This document shows positions 17,950-26,932 of a stretch of 64,000 nt of DNA, one piece after another. The notes below the pieces were generated by a model. That model was not told the DNA's origin. It did not search any database and was given only the letters and a program-made list of their open reading frames with translations. The position numbers and the translations under genes are program-made. Origin of the DNA: Candidatus Microgenomates bacterium (GTDB lineage: Bacteria; Patescibacteriota; Microgenomatia; UBA8517); contig JADHUT010000002.1 in assembly GCA_016784385.1 (NCBI GenBank), positions 12,316 through 76,315 on the forward strand, in the 5' to 3' direction. Positions within the stretch are counted from its first letter, which is position 1; the number at the start of each line of letters is the position of its first letter.

Positions 17950-19167
17950 ATGAACATGCAAACACCAAGAACAGAATTTGCACAGGCTTTGAAGGCAATT
18001 GCTACAGAGCGAGGACTTGATGCCAATGTGATTGTTGATGCTATAAAGCAGGCAATAGTTGCAGCATTTAGGCGTGATGCAAAAGAGAGTGGTGTTGATG
18101 TGGATCTTTTTGAATATGAAGCAGAGTTAAATTCTTTGGATGGTGGCGCAAAGGTTTTTTCTTGGGGACCATTTGATGAGGAGGTGGAAGTTGAAGACAG
18201 GAAAAAGACCGACAAAACAAAAAAAGATGTAACACCTCCAGGGTTTGGAAGAATTGCTGCACAGACCGCAAAGCAAGTAATACACCAGAAAATTCGTGAA
18301 GCAGAAAGAGGGGTTGTTTTGGATGAATTTGAAGGTAAAAAAGGAAATCTTGTTTCTGGAATAGTCCTTCGCTTTGATGGCCCTATTGTTAGGGTTGACC
18401 TCGGTAGAACTGAAGGAATAATGCCTGCAGAAGAGAGAATTCCTTCTGAGAGACTGGCTCAAGGTCAAAGACTTACATTCCTACTAAAAGACATAGTTGA
18501 AGGGTTGAAAGGTAAAGACCTTATTTTGTCCAGGTCAGACCCCAGTTTTGTTGTCAGGCTTTTCGCAAGAGAAGTTCCTGAAATTAATGCTGGAACTGTT
18601 GAAATAAAAGAAATCGCCAGAGAAGCAGGAGTAAGAACAAAAATGGCAGTTTATTCATCTGCTTCTGGAGTTGATCCGGTTGGATCTTGTGTTGGACAAA
18701 AGGGGGTTAGAGTTCAAGCAGTTACTAATGAGCTTGGAGGAGAAAGAGTTGATCTTATTTCATATTCAGAAGATATAAAACAATTAATTGCATCAGCTCT
18801 ATCCCCCGCCGATGGTTTAACAGTAAAAGTCAAAAAGGGTGAGGATAAGGAAGTAACAGTAATAGCCCCCGAAGACCAGTTGTCTTTGGCTATAGGAAAA
18901 GATGGTCAGAATGTACGTCTTGCATCTAAACTAACTGGATACAGGATAGAAGTTGAAGGAGACGGAAAACCTATTGAAGAAAAGGTTGAAGAAGGTGAAG
19001 ACAAAAGAATTGTTAAAGAAACCAAAGACGAAGCAAAGACTGACAAAAAAGAGAAAAAGTCTAAAAAGCCTGACAAAATCGTTAAAAAATCTAATAAAGA
19101 AGACAAAAAGACAGATAAAAAAGAAACTGTTGAAGAGATTGAAAAAGTAGCCAATAGCGAATCATGA
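17950..19167 (+). CDS. nusA: transcription factor NusA
   Basis: FGRIAAQTAKQVI, AREAGVRTK, DPVGSCVG, LAIGKDGQNVRLA; start reassigned from 17863 to ATG 17950 (or 17956). Confidence 0.95.
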   Translation: MNMQTPRTEFAQALKAIATERGLDANVIVDAIKQAIVAAFRRDAKESGVDVDLFEYEAELNSLDGGAKVFSWGPFDEEVEVEDRKKTDKTKKDVTPPGFGRIAAQTAKQVIHQKIREAERGVVLDEFEGKKGNLVSGIVLRFDGPIVRVDLGRTEGIMPAEERIPSERLAQGQRLTFLLKDIVEGLKGKDLILSRSDPSFVVRLFAREVPEINAGTVEIKEIAREAGVRTKMAVYSSASGVDPVGSCVGQKGVRVQAVTNELGGERVDLISYSEDIKQLIASALSPADGLTVKVKKGEDKEVTVIAPEDQLSLAIGKDGQNVRLASKLTGYRIEVEGDGKPIEEKVEEGEDKRIVKETKDEAKTDKKEKKSKKPDKIVKKSNKEDKKTDKKETVEEIEKVANSES

Positions 19168-19209
19168 AAAATTCGATCGTAAAAATGGCACAAAAAAGGA
19201 TAAATTATT

Positions 19210-20610
19210 ATGAAACAAAAAAGGCAACCAATAGTTACTGTTTTGGGTCACGTAGATCACGGTAAAACAACACTTCTTGATACTATTAGGGAAACTTCTG
19301 TTCAGATAAAAGAAGCTGGTGGTATTACCCAAGCAATTGGAGCTTCTGTTGTAACCACCAAAGATGGGAACAAACCTGGTGCAGGAAAAAAAATTACTTT
19401 TATAGATACTCCAGGACACGCTGCCTTTTCGAGTATGAGATCCAGAGGATCAAAACTAGCAGATATTGCAATTTTAATTCTTGACGGCTCTGATGGGGTT
19501 AAACCTCAAACAAAAGAAGCCTTGGAGCTAATTAAAAAAGCAGAGATTCCATTTATTGTGGTTATTACAAAAACAGACCTTCCTACCAGCTCAGTTGACA
19601 CAAGATTGGCAGAGCTTGAAAAGGAAGGAATAATGTTTGAAGGAAGGGGTGGTCAAACCCCGTATCTATCTGTTTCTGCAAAGGAAAAGAAGGGTTTAAC
19701 AGAACTTTTGGATCTCATAATTCTTTTGTCTGAGGTGAATGAGGTCAGTTCAGATCCAGATGCAGACCTTGTGGCAGTTGTTATTGAAACCAACAAAGAC
19801 AAGTCGGGAAATTCTGTTTCAGTGGTAGTGCGAGAGGGAACACTCGAAAAAGGAGACAAGATATATACAGAAGGTATTACTGGAAAAGCAAGAGGCCTTT
19901 TTGATGGTAATGGTGAATCACTTGAAAAGGTTTCGCCAGGAGAACCAGTCAGAATTCTAGGGTTTGACGAACTGCCTCCTGTTGGAGCTATTGTGAGCCA
20001 GGGTGAACCAAAAGAAAAAGTTGAAGAACAAATAAAATCACGAGGATTTGACGAAGGAAAAATACCACTTTGTATAAAAGCAGCAACAGCTGGTGCGCTG
20101 GAAGCTTTGGTTTCATCAATACCGCCAGAATTTTCAGTTGTGGTTTCTGGTGTTGGAGATGTTTCCGAGTCTGATGTTTTGAATGCAAAAGCAAATAACA
20201 CAAGAATAATGGCATTTGAGAGTAAAATTCCTCCGAGTGTTGCTAAATTGGCAGAAATGGATGGAGTTAAGGTAGATACCTACAAAATTATTTATGAACT
20301 TTTACAAAAATTAGATGAAATTGTAAAAAGCGGTCAAGTTGATGTTTTGGGAAAAGCTACTATTGTAGATGAGTTTCCTTTTTCACAATTAAGAATTGCT
20401 GGATGCAAAGTGGATAGCGGAAAACTATCAAAAACATCAGATCTGAGGCTAATGAGAAAAGATGTTGAGCTTGGGAAAATAAAGGCCAAATCTTTGAAAA
20501 AACAAAAGTCGGAAGTTGAATCAGTGGGGCAAGGTGAAGAATTTGGATTACTTTTTGTTCCCCAACTTGATTTTCAAAAAGGTGATGTGGTACTATCCGT
20601 GCAAGAGTAA
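19210..20610 (+). CDS. infB: translation initiation factor IF-2 (no N-terminal domain)
   Basis: [29 protein letters not shown]. Confidence 0.95.
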   Translation: MKQKRQPIVTVLGHVDHGKTTLLDTIRETSVQIKEAGGITQAIGASVVTTKDGNKPGAGKKITFIDTPGHAAFSSMRSRGSKLADIAILILDGSDGVKPQTKEALELIKKAEIPFIVVITKTDLPTSSVDTRLAELEKEGIMFEGRGGQTPYLSVSAKEKKGLTELLDLIILLSEVNEVSSDPDADLVAVVIETNKDKSGNSVSVVVREGTLEKGDKIYTEGITGKARGLFDGNGESLEKVSPGEPVRILGFDELPPVGAIVSQGEPKEKVEEQIKSRGFDEGKIPLCIKAATAGALEALVSSIPPEFSVVVSGVGDVSESDVLNAKANNTRIMAFESKIPPSVAKLAEMDGVKVDTYKIIYELLQKLDEIVKSGQVDVLGKATIVDEFPFSQLRIAGCKVDSGKLSKTSDLRLMRKDVELGKIKAKSLKKQKSEVESVGQGEEFGLLFVPQLDFQKGDVVLSVQE

Positions 20611-21561
20611 ATGGACGATTCATTAAAAAATCTAATAAACTCTGCCACTTCAATACTAGTTTTGTTGCCAGGAAATCCTCACTTGGACGAAGTTACTGCA
20701 GGATTGGTACTACAAACTGTTTTGAAGGACAGTAAAAATGCTTCAATTTCATGCCCCTCCCCCATGACTGTTGAATTTAGTAGGTTGGTTGGAGTGACAA
20801 AAATCTCAACACAGCTTGGAAACAAAAATTTAATTGTTACTTTTCCAAATTATCCTGCAGACAATATCGAAAAGGTGAGCTATGACATAGAAAATGAACA
20901 GTTCAAGCTCAGTGTAATTCCAAAACCTGGGTTTAATGCACCAGTAAATGAACAAATGGCTATAAATTACGAAGGGGTAGGAGCAGATACAGTAATATTG
21001 GTTGGAGGAGACAAAGAGGAAAATTTTCCAGCATTAAACCTTCCAGAGCTAGCTGGAGTTAAATTAATACACATTGGTACTAAACTATTGGAAACCACCA
21101 ACAAATTGCAAATTCTCTCTTTTGCAAAGGCGTCAAGTTCAGTTTCAGAGCAGGTTGCAGGTATTGTCAAAGACATGGGGGCAGAAATTGATGCAGATAT
21201 GGCAACAAACCTACTAGCTGGAATTGAAAATGGAAGCCAATACTTCCAAGGTGGTGAGGTTACAGAGGAAACTTTCAAGTTATTTGCAAGACTGCTTTCT
21301 TACGGAGGAAAAAGATTTAAAAAAGTTCCACCTAATACTTATCCACAGGGAGCAATTCCAAGCCAGCCATACAATCAACCACAAGGTGTTAAGCAACCTG
21401 TACAACAAGCACCACAACCTGTTTTACAACCACAACAGGTTACAAACTCACAAGTGCAACAATCTGCAAACCCACAAAGTCCTCTAAAAACCGAAGATGA
21501 TGGGCAAGTACCACAAGCATGGTCTGAACCCAAGGTTTATACTGGAACTAGTGTGAACTGA
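20611..21561 (+). CDS. degenerate DHH/NrnA-like protein with Q/P-rich tail
   Basis: NPHLD, SSVSE, ATNLLAGI resemble the DHH family; position after infB; DHH motif absent (LIHIGTK). Confidence 0.55.
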   Translation: MDDSLKNLINSATSILVLLPGNPHLDEVTAGLVLQTVLKDSKNASISCPSPMTVEFSRLVGVTKISTQLGNKNLIVTFPNYPADNIEKVSYDIENEQFKLSVIPKPGFNAPVNEQMAINYEGVGADTVILVGGDKEENFPALNLPELAGVKLIHIGTKLLETTNKLQILSFAKASSSVSEQVAGIVKDMGAEIDADMATNLLAGIENGSQYFQGGEVTEETFKLFARLLSYGGKRFKKVPPNTYPQGAIPSQPYNQPQGVKQPVQQAPQPVLQPQQVTNSQVQQSANPQSPLKTEDDGQVPQAWSEPKVYTGTSVN

Positions 21562-21584
21562 GATTGAATGTTATAGTTGGTTTT

Positions 21585-21731
21585 ATGAAAAAAGAAAAAG
21601 AAAAATCTGAATGGAAAAAAGTTCCAATTGGAGATGGTAGTCATTTTGTGGAAGAAAAGCCAATAGACCCAGAAAACAAGAGAGCAATTCAGAAGGCAAT
21701 AAAGAAAGTTCGAGCAGGAAAAGAAGAATAA
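21585..21731 (+). CDS. small basic hypothetical protein (48 aa; not in ORF track)
   Basis: MKKEKEKSEWKKVPIGDG...RAGKEE*; TGtTATAGT 7 nt upstream. Confidence 0.5.
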   Translation: MKKEKEKSEWKKVPIGDGSHFVEEKPIDPENKRAIQKAIKKVRAGKEE

Positions 21732-21789
21732 TCTTTACTTTCGTGTTTTAGATTTTACCCACTAATTAAATATTGAATACAACAAAAAT

Positions 21790-22071
21790 TTGACTTCGGC
21801 AGAGAGAGAGTACTATCGGGTTGTTATGACAGTTGAAAACAATTTACGAGAAACAAAGCCAGATGATTTGAGAGACAAAGTTGTAAGGTTTTTTACGCGT
21901 AGCAAGTATGGCGTGGAAGTTGTGATAGAACATGGTTTAATGGACGAAACGACTGGCGAGGTTTTTCAAGGTAGTCCAAAAGAACGAGCAGCGAAAACAG
22001 ATAATATAGTTGTCGTTTTAGGCAAAAGTAAAACAGAACATGTCAAGAGAAAGATCGTAAAGATAAAATAA
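21790..22071 (+). CDS. hypothetical protein
   Basis: 93-aa ORF on the operon strand filling the gap; TTG start uncertain. Confidence 0.5.
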   Translation: MTSAEREYYRVVMTVENNLRETKPDDLRDKVVRFFTRSKYGVEVVIEHGLMDETTGEVFQGSPKERAAKTDNIVVVLGKSKTEHVKRKIVKIK

Positions 22072-22098
22072 CTCCCCATTTGTATTTTTTGATTTGTC

Positions 22099-22147
22099 TG
22101 TTACAATACACACTGATGTTGGCGAGGTGATTACTTCGGCCTTACAT
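22099..22147 (+). promoter_or_regulatory. rpsO promoter (TGnTACAAT) and structured 5' leader
   Basis: Extended -10 at 22099-22107; hairpin ATGT-t-GGC-GAGGT-gatt-ACTTC-g-GCC-tt-ACAT. Confidence 0.5.
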
Positions 22148-22158
22148 GACTAAACAAT

Positions 22159-22428
22159 ATGGCAATAAAAGCTGACGAAAAGAAAAAAATAATAAGCAAG
22201 TTCAGTCGCGAGAAAGGCGACACAGGTTCTCCTGAAATTCAAATAGCACTTTTATCTACGCAAATTGAAAAGCTTGCAGAACACTTAAAGGAACATAAAA
22301 AAGATATACATAGTAGAAGAGGGCTTTTAGCAATGGTTGCAAAAAGAAGAAGACTTCTGTCATACTTAATGAAGAAAGACGAGGCAAGATACAAGACATT
22401 AATTAAAGAGGTGGGCTTAAGTAAATAA
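22159..22428 (+). CDS. rpsO: 30S ribosomal protein S15
   Basis: [24 protein letters not shown]. Confidence 0.98.
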   Translation: MAIKADEKKKIISKFSREKGDTGSPEIQIALLSTQIEKLAEHLKEHKKDIHSRRGLLAMVAKRRRLLSYLMKKDEARYKTLIKEVGLSK

Positions 22429-22472
22429 AATCTCTTCAATAATAAATATCAATACAAAATTTTAGGTAAATA

Positions 22473-24779
22473 ATGAAAAAAATCGAAAAGACATTGAAGT
22501 TTGGAGGTAGAACTCTAACGCTTTCAACAGGTGAACTGGCAGGTCAGGCTAGTGGTGCTGTATTGGCACAACTGGGGGACACTGTAGTACTGGCTACTAT
22601 AGTAGGAGCTCCATTAAAGATGGATTTGGGGTATTTCCCTCTTTCTGTTGAATACCAAGAAAGACTGTATGCGGGGGGTCGTATAAAGGGTTCTCGATGG
22701 GTTAAAAGAGCAGGAAGACCAACTGATGATGAAACGTTAACTGCAAGGCTTATAGATCGAACCATAAGACCACTTTTTTCTGAAAGCTACAAAAAAGAAG
22801 TACAAGTAGTAGTAGTTGCATATTCAGTTGATTTGGAAAACGACCCAAAAACATTGGGTGCAATTGCAGCTTCTGCGGCCTTGGCAATTTCTGAAATTCC
22901 ATCTGCGGGACCAGTGGGAGTAGTTCAGGTTGGATATGTTGGTGGTAAATATGTAACAAACCCAATTGCCTCAGATATGGAGACTTCTGATCTGGATCTT
23001 GTTGTTTCATCTACAAAGCAATCAGTTGTGATGATTGAGGCAGGTGCAAAAGAAGTCGCAGAAGATATTGTATTGGGTGGAATTGAATATGCAAAGGCAG
23101 AATCAGATGATTTATTAAAATTAATAACTGAACTTGCAGCCGAAGTTGGAGTCAAAAAAGAAGTATTGGTTGAAGATAAAATTGATGCAAAGTTAAAAAC
23201 TGATATTGCAAAAGAATTAAAACCTCACATCGAAGGATTGGTAAAAGCAAGTGCAAGCCACAGTGGTGACGGAGGGGCCGCAATTAAAGATGCTTTGGTT
23301 GAAAAATTTGAAGATCAGGACGCAAAAGTAATTTTGGGAATTTTTGACCAAATTTTTGCAGAAAAAATGAGAGAGACAATTCTAGCTGGCTCTCGAGCAG
23401 ACGGAAGAAAACATACTGAAGTCAGACCACTTTCGAGCAGAATCGGAGTATTACCAAGAACTCATGGTTCAGCAATATTCAATCGAGGAGAAACACAAGC
23501 CCTAACAGTAGCCACATTAGGTTCCCCATCAATGGCACAGCTAATTGAATCCTCAGAAGGCGAAGAAACAAAAAGATATATTCATCATTATTCATTCCCA
23601 CCTTATTGTGTTGGTGAAGTAGGAAGAATGTTTGGACCAAAGAGACGCGAAATTGGACACGGTGCATTGGCTGAAAAAGCTCTTATGCCAGTAATTCCAG
23701 AAACGAGCGTATTTCCTTATACAATTCAAGTAGTTTCTGAAATTATGAGTTCAAATGGTTCTTCTTCAATGGCATCTACTTGTGGTTCTACTTTAGCGTT
23801 AATGGATGCAGGTGTTCCATTAACTTCACCAGTTTCTGGTATTGCAATGGGACTGGTTATAAAAAATGACAAAGAATATGCAGTACTTTCTGACATTATG
23901 GGAGTTGAAGATCATTATGGCGATATGGACCTCAAAGTTACAGGAACAGAGAAAGGTATAACAGCATTGCAATTAGACGTTAAAACATTAAATTTAACAC
24001 CAAAACTTTTGAAAGTTGCCATAGAGCAAGCAAAAGAAGGTAGAGCTCATATTTTGGCTTCAATGTTAAAGACCATTAAAGAACCAAACAAGAATATTTC
24101 TGAATTCGCACCAAAGATCAAATCAATCCAAATTCCAACAGAAAAAATTGGAGAGCTAATAGGGCCAGGGGGCAAAAATATCAAAAAGATTATGGCTGAT
24201 ACAGGAACACAGGTTGATGTTGAAGATGATGGAGTAGTTTCAATTACTGGGGTTGATGAGGCAAAAGTAGATGAGGCATACGCAGCAGTTGAAGCAGTAA
24301 CAAAAGAAGCAGAAGTAGGGCAAATTTACGATGGTGAAGTAGTTAGAATTCAACCATTTGGAGCTTTTGTAAACATACTTCCTGGAAAAGATGGTTTAGT
24401 GCATGTTTCAGACATGGCAGAAGGATTTGTAGATGATCCAAATACAATTGTAAAAATTGGAGACAAAGTAAAGGTTAGAGTATTAAAGGTAGATGACATG
24501 GGTAAAATTGGACTTTCCCTAAGAATGGATCCTTCAAAAGATAAAAAACCTGAAGATAGAAGAAGTGGTGGAGGAAGAGGTGGATCAAGAGGTGGAGACA
24601 GTAGGGGTGGTGGAAGAAATTATCAATCAAGAGGAAGACAACCTTTTTCAAGAAGTGGAAGTGACAGAGGAGGATCACGAGGTGGAGATAGATCAACTAG
24701 TGGAAGATCATCTGGTCCTCATTTCCCTACCAGTAGATACATGTCAGATTCAGGTTCTCCAAATAATTCTAGTAGGTAA
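22473..24779 (+). CDS. pnp: polyribonucleotide nucleotidyltransferase (PNPase)
   Basis: FPLSVEYQE, RREIGHGALA, SNGSSSMAS, KH and S1 domains, RGG-rich tail. Confidence 0.98.
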   Translation: MKKIEKTLKFGGRTLTLSTGELAGQASGAVLAQLGDTVVLATIVGAPLKMDLGYFPLSVEYQERLYAGGRIKGSRWVKRAGRPTDDETLTARLIDRTIRPLFSESYKKEVQVVVVAYSVDLENDPKTLGAIAASAALAISEIPSAGPVGVVQVGYVGGKYVTNPIASDMETSDLDLVVSSTKQSVVMIEAGAKEVAEDIVLGGIEYAKAESDDLLKLITELAAEVGVKKEVLVEDKIDAKLKTDIAKELKPHIEGLVKASASHSGDGGAAIKDALVEKFEDQDAKVILGIFDQIFAEKMRETILAGSRADGRKHTEVRPLSSRIGVLPRTHGSAIFNRGETQALTVATLGSPSMAQLIESSEGEETKRYIHHYSFPPYCVGEVGRMFGPKRREIGHGALAEKALMPVIPETSVFPYTIQVVSEIMSSNGSSSMASTCGSTLALMDAGVPLTSPVSGIAMGLVIKNDKEYAVLSDIMGVEDHYGDMDLKVTGTEKGITALQLDVKTLNLTPKLLKVAIEQAKEGRAHILASMLKTIKEPNKNISEFAPKIKSIQIPTEKIGELIGPGGKNIKKIMADTGTQVDVEDDGVVSITGVDEAKVDEAYAAVEAVTKEAEVGQIYDGEVVRIQPFGAFVNILPGKDGLVHVSDMAEGFVDDPNTIVKIGDKVKVRVLKVDDMGKIGLSLRMDPSKDKKPEDRRSGGGRGGSRGGDSRGGGRNYQSRGRQPFSRSGSDRGGSRGGDRSTSGRSSGPHFPTSRYMSDSGSPNNSSR

Positions 24780-24832
24780 TTCTTCTCAATATACTTGTTA
24801 TAGTTTTTTCACTTGATATACTTTTAATTGAC

Positions 24833-25879
24833 ATGGATTCAGCTGCCCAAGAAATAACTAATTTGACTGAAAGAGTAAAAGGAGCAGTTCTGCCTCCAAA
24901 ACTCAGTGAATTGGTTTTAGTTCGTTTGGGTCAGCTTTCAAAACTGACAGCATCTTCCACATTTTTACCCGAATTTGATCGTATGGAAAAGTATATTGAT
25001 TGGATAACCAACCTACCTTGGGAGAAAAAGACTGGAGATAAACTAGATTTAGTAAATGCCAAGAGTATTATGGATTCACATCATCATGGGTTGGGTGCAA
25101 TCAAAGAGAGAGTTTTAGAGTATATGAGTGTAATGAAGTTAAAATTTGAAAGAGGAGAAACTGAGGATATATACAGAGCTCCAATACTTTGTTTTGTGGG
25201 ATTGGTCGGAACTGGAAAAACTACAATTGCATATTCAATTGCTGAAAGCTTAGGCAGGCCCATTGCCCGAATTCCTTTCGGTGGAATGGGAGATCCATTG
25301 GATTTGAGAGGACAAAGCAGAATGCACGCAGAAGCAGAACCAGGGAAAGTTATTAAGGCTCTTCGAGATACAAAGAGTAGGAACCCTGTAATACTTCTTG
25401 ATGAAATAGACAGAGTAACAGAACAAGGCAGAAGCTCCATAATGGGAGTTTTGGTTGAACTTTTAGATCCAAAACAAAACCATGCATTTTTAGACCATTA
25501 TATTGATTTTCCATTTAATTTATCTGAAGCTTTGTTTATAGCAACTGCCAATAACACCACCAGCATTGCAACTGCTGTCATGGACAGGTTGGAACCAATT
25601 TCAATGCCAAGCTACACAGATGCCGAAAAAATTACAATTGGAAATAAATATGTATTACCAAAAGCCATTAAAGCTGCAGGAATTCCTGATGGTGTATTAA
25701 AAATTGATGATGATGTATGGGCTAATATTGTGAGGCCATTGGGTTACGACGCAGGAATTCGTACAATGGAGAGATCTGTAGATGGAATTGTCAGAAAAGT
25801 TGCAAAATTAATGGTTGAAGGAAAAGGAACAACTTTTCATATAACATCAGAAAACATAAAACAGTTTTTGCCTCAATGA
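24833..25879 (+). CDS. Lon-type AAA+ ATPase lacking N-terminal and protease domains
   Basis: YIDWITNLPW, HHGLGAIKERVLEY, Walker A GLVGTGKT, Walker B ILLDEID, ELLDPKQN..FLDHY; ends before the protease domain. Confidence 0.85.
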   Translation: MDSAAQEITNLTERVKGAVLPPKLSELVLVRLGQLSKLTASSTFLPEFDRMEKYIDWITNLPWEKKTGDKLDLVNAKSIMDSHHHGLGAIKERVLEYMSVMKLKFERGETEDIYRAPILCFVGLVGTGKTTIAYSIAESLGRPIARIPFGGMGDPLDLRGQSRMHAEAEPGKVIKALRDTKSRNPVILLDEIDRVTEQGRSSIMGVLVELLDPKQNHAFLDHYIDFPFNLSEALFIATANNTTSIATAVMDRLEPISMPSYTDAEKITIGNKYVLPKAIKAAGIPDGVLKIDDDVWANIVRPLGYDAGIRTMERSVDGIVRKVAKLMVEGKGTTFHITSENIKQFLPQ

Positions 25880-26097
25880 AGAAAAAGAAACGAAAAAGTA
25901 AACCTCAGATAATGGCAGAATCGAAAATCTATTCAGAATTCTTGGTTGGTTTAGCAATAGCTTGGACCGCGGGTGGTGTGGGTACTCCTTTTGTTACTCA
26001 GGATTTCAGCTTAAAAGGGGTTTCTCCATTATTCTTGGGGGTTTTTACATCTTTGGTGTGTTTACGTATTGCTGTAGAATATAGAAAGAGATTTTAA
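25876..26097 (+). CDS. small two-TM membrane protein
   Basis: ATGA overlap with lon-like stop; two hydrophobic segments. Confidence 0.65.
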   Translation: MKKKKRKSKPQIMAESKIYSEFLVGLAIAWTAGGVGTPFVTQDFSLKGVSPLFLGVFTSLVCLRIAVEYRKRF

Positions 26098-26099
26098 AA

Positions 26100-26204
26100 A
26101 TGATAACAACAGATAAAGCTATATATGTTTTTTCTTTAGGTTTGATTGTAACTTGCGCTTTTGCTATATGGGCATATTTTGATATAAGGAGAAATAAAAT
26201 ATGA
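26100..26204 (+). CDS. single-TM microprotein (34 aa; not in ORF track)
   Basis: MITTDKAIYVFSLGLIVTCAFAIWAYFDIRRNKI*; coupled to neighbours. Confidence 0.55.
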   Translation: MITTDKAIYVFSLGLIVTCAFAIWAYFDIRRNKI

Positions 26205-26293
26205 CTTTTATAAATACGGTTTATATAACAGCAGTAGTTATGCTTTCAATTACTATCTATCTTTACTTCATTAAAGATAGATTAAAAAAATGA
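26201..26293 (+). CDS. single-TM microprotein (30 aa; not in ORF track)
   Basis: MTFINTVYITAVVMLSITIYLYFIKDRLKK*; ATGA overlaps at both ends. Confidence 0.55.
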   Translation: MTFINTVYITAVVMLSITIYLYFIKDRLKK

Positions 26294-26448
26294 AATGCCC
26301 CAAGTGTAAAAAAGAGATGAAGTTGACGAATAAAGATTTTAGTTATAATACTAAAGAGAAGTCAAAAGTTAAATATTCAAGGAGTATTTATTGGTGTGAA
26401 AAAGATGATGTTTGGATTAACTTGGAAATTCCTTCAAAAAGTAAATAA
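26290..26448 (+). CDS. zinc-ribbon-like microprotein (52 aa; not in ORF track)
   Basis: MKCPKCKKEM...YWCEKDDVW; stop codon abuts the next ATG. Confidence 0.65.
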   Translation: MKCPKCKKEMKLTNKDFSYNTKEKSKVKYSRSIYWCEKDDVWINLEIPSKSK

Positions 26449-26916
26449 ATGAAAGTTTTAGTAATTGGAGATTCACACGGGAATATCGAAAACCTCAAAC
26501 ATGCAGTTGGGTTTGGAAAAGAGATTGAGGTGGGGGCAATTTTTCATTGTGGAGATTGGAACAATGTTTTATCAATTGAGACAGTTTTATCATTTGGAAT
26601 TCCTGTTTATACAGTTTTAGGAAACGCTGATATTGATCCTGTTTTAATTAAAGAGCTCAAAGAAAAAAACACAGGTTATTCTGACGAAGTTTTGAAAGTT
26701 GAACTTGGTGGTAAAAAAATTCTGGTTAGTCATTATCTAGGGAAATTAAAACAAGATAAGAGAGACTTTGATATTGGTTTTTATGGCCACAGGCATTCAC
26801 AAGAAAAGCAAGAAATTGATGGTAAGTTGTTTGTGCGTCCCGGAGCCTTGGAAAATGATATCAACTTTTGTGTATATGATACGATTTCAGAGAGAGTTGA
26901 ATTTATAACAATTTAA
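26449..26916 (+). CDS. metallophosphoesterase (YfcE/MJ0936-like)
   Basis: GDSHGN, HCGD, GNAD, VSH, GHRH motifs. Confidence 0.85.
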   Translation: MKVLVIGDSHGNIENLKHAVGFGKEIEVGAIFHCGDWNNVLSIETVLSFGIPVYTVLGNADIDPVLIKELKEKNTGYSDEVLKVELGGKKILVSHYLGKLKQDKRDFDIGFYGHRHSQEKQEIDGKLFVRPGALENDINFCVYDTISERVEFITI

Positions 26917-26932
26917 AGATAATACTGAATAC

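Noticed and set aside
25876-26448. Frameshifted remainder of the Lon protease domain
   Set aside because: The downstream frames I read give short hydrophobic peptides with clean coupling and no Lon protease motifs (PKDGPSAG, GGxxEK)
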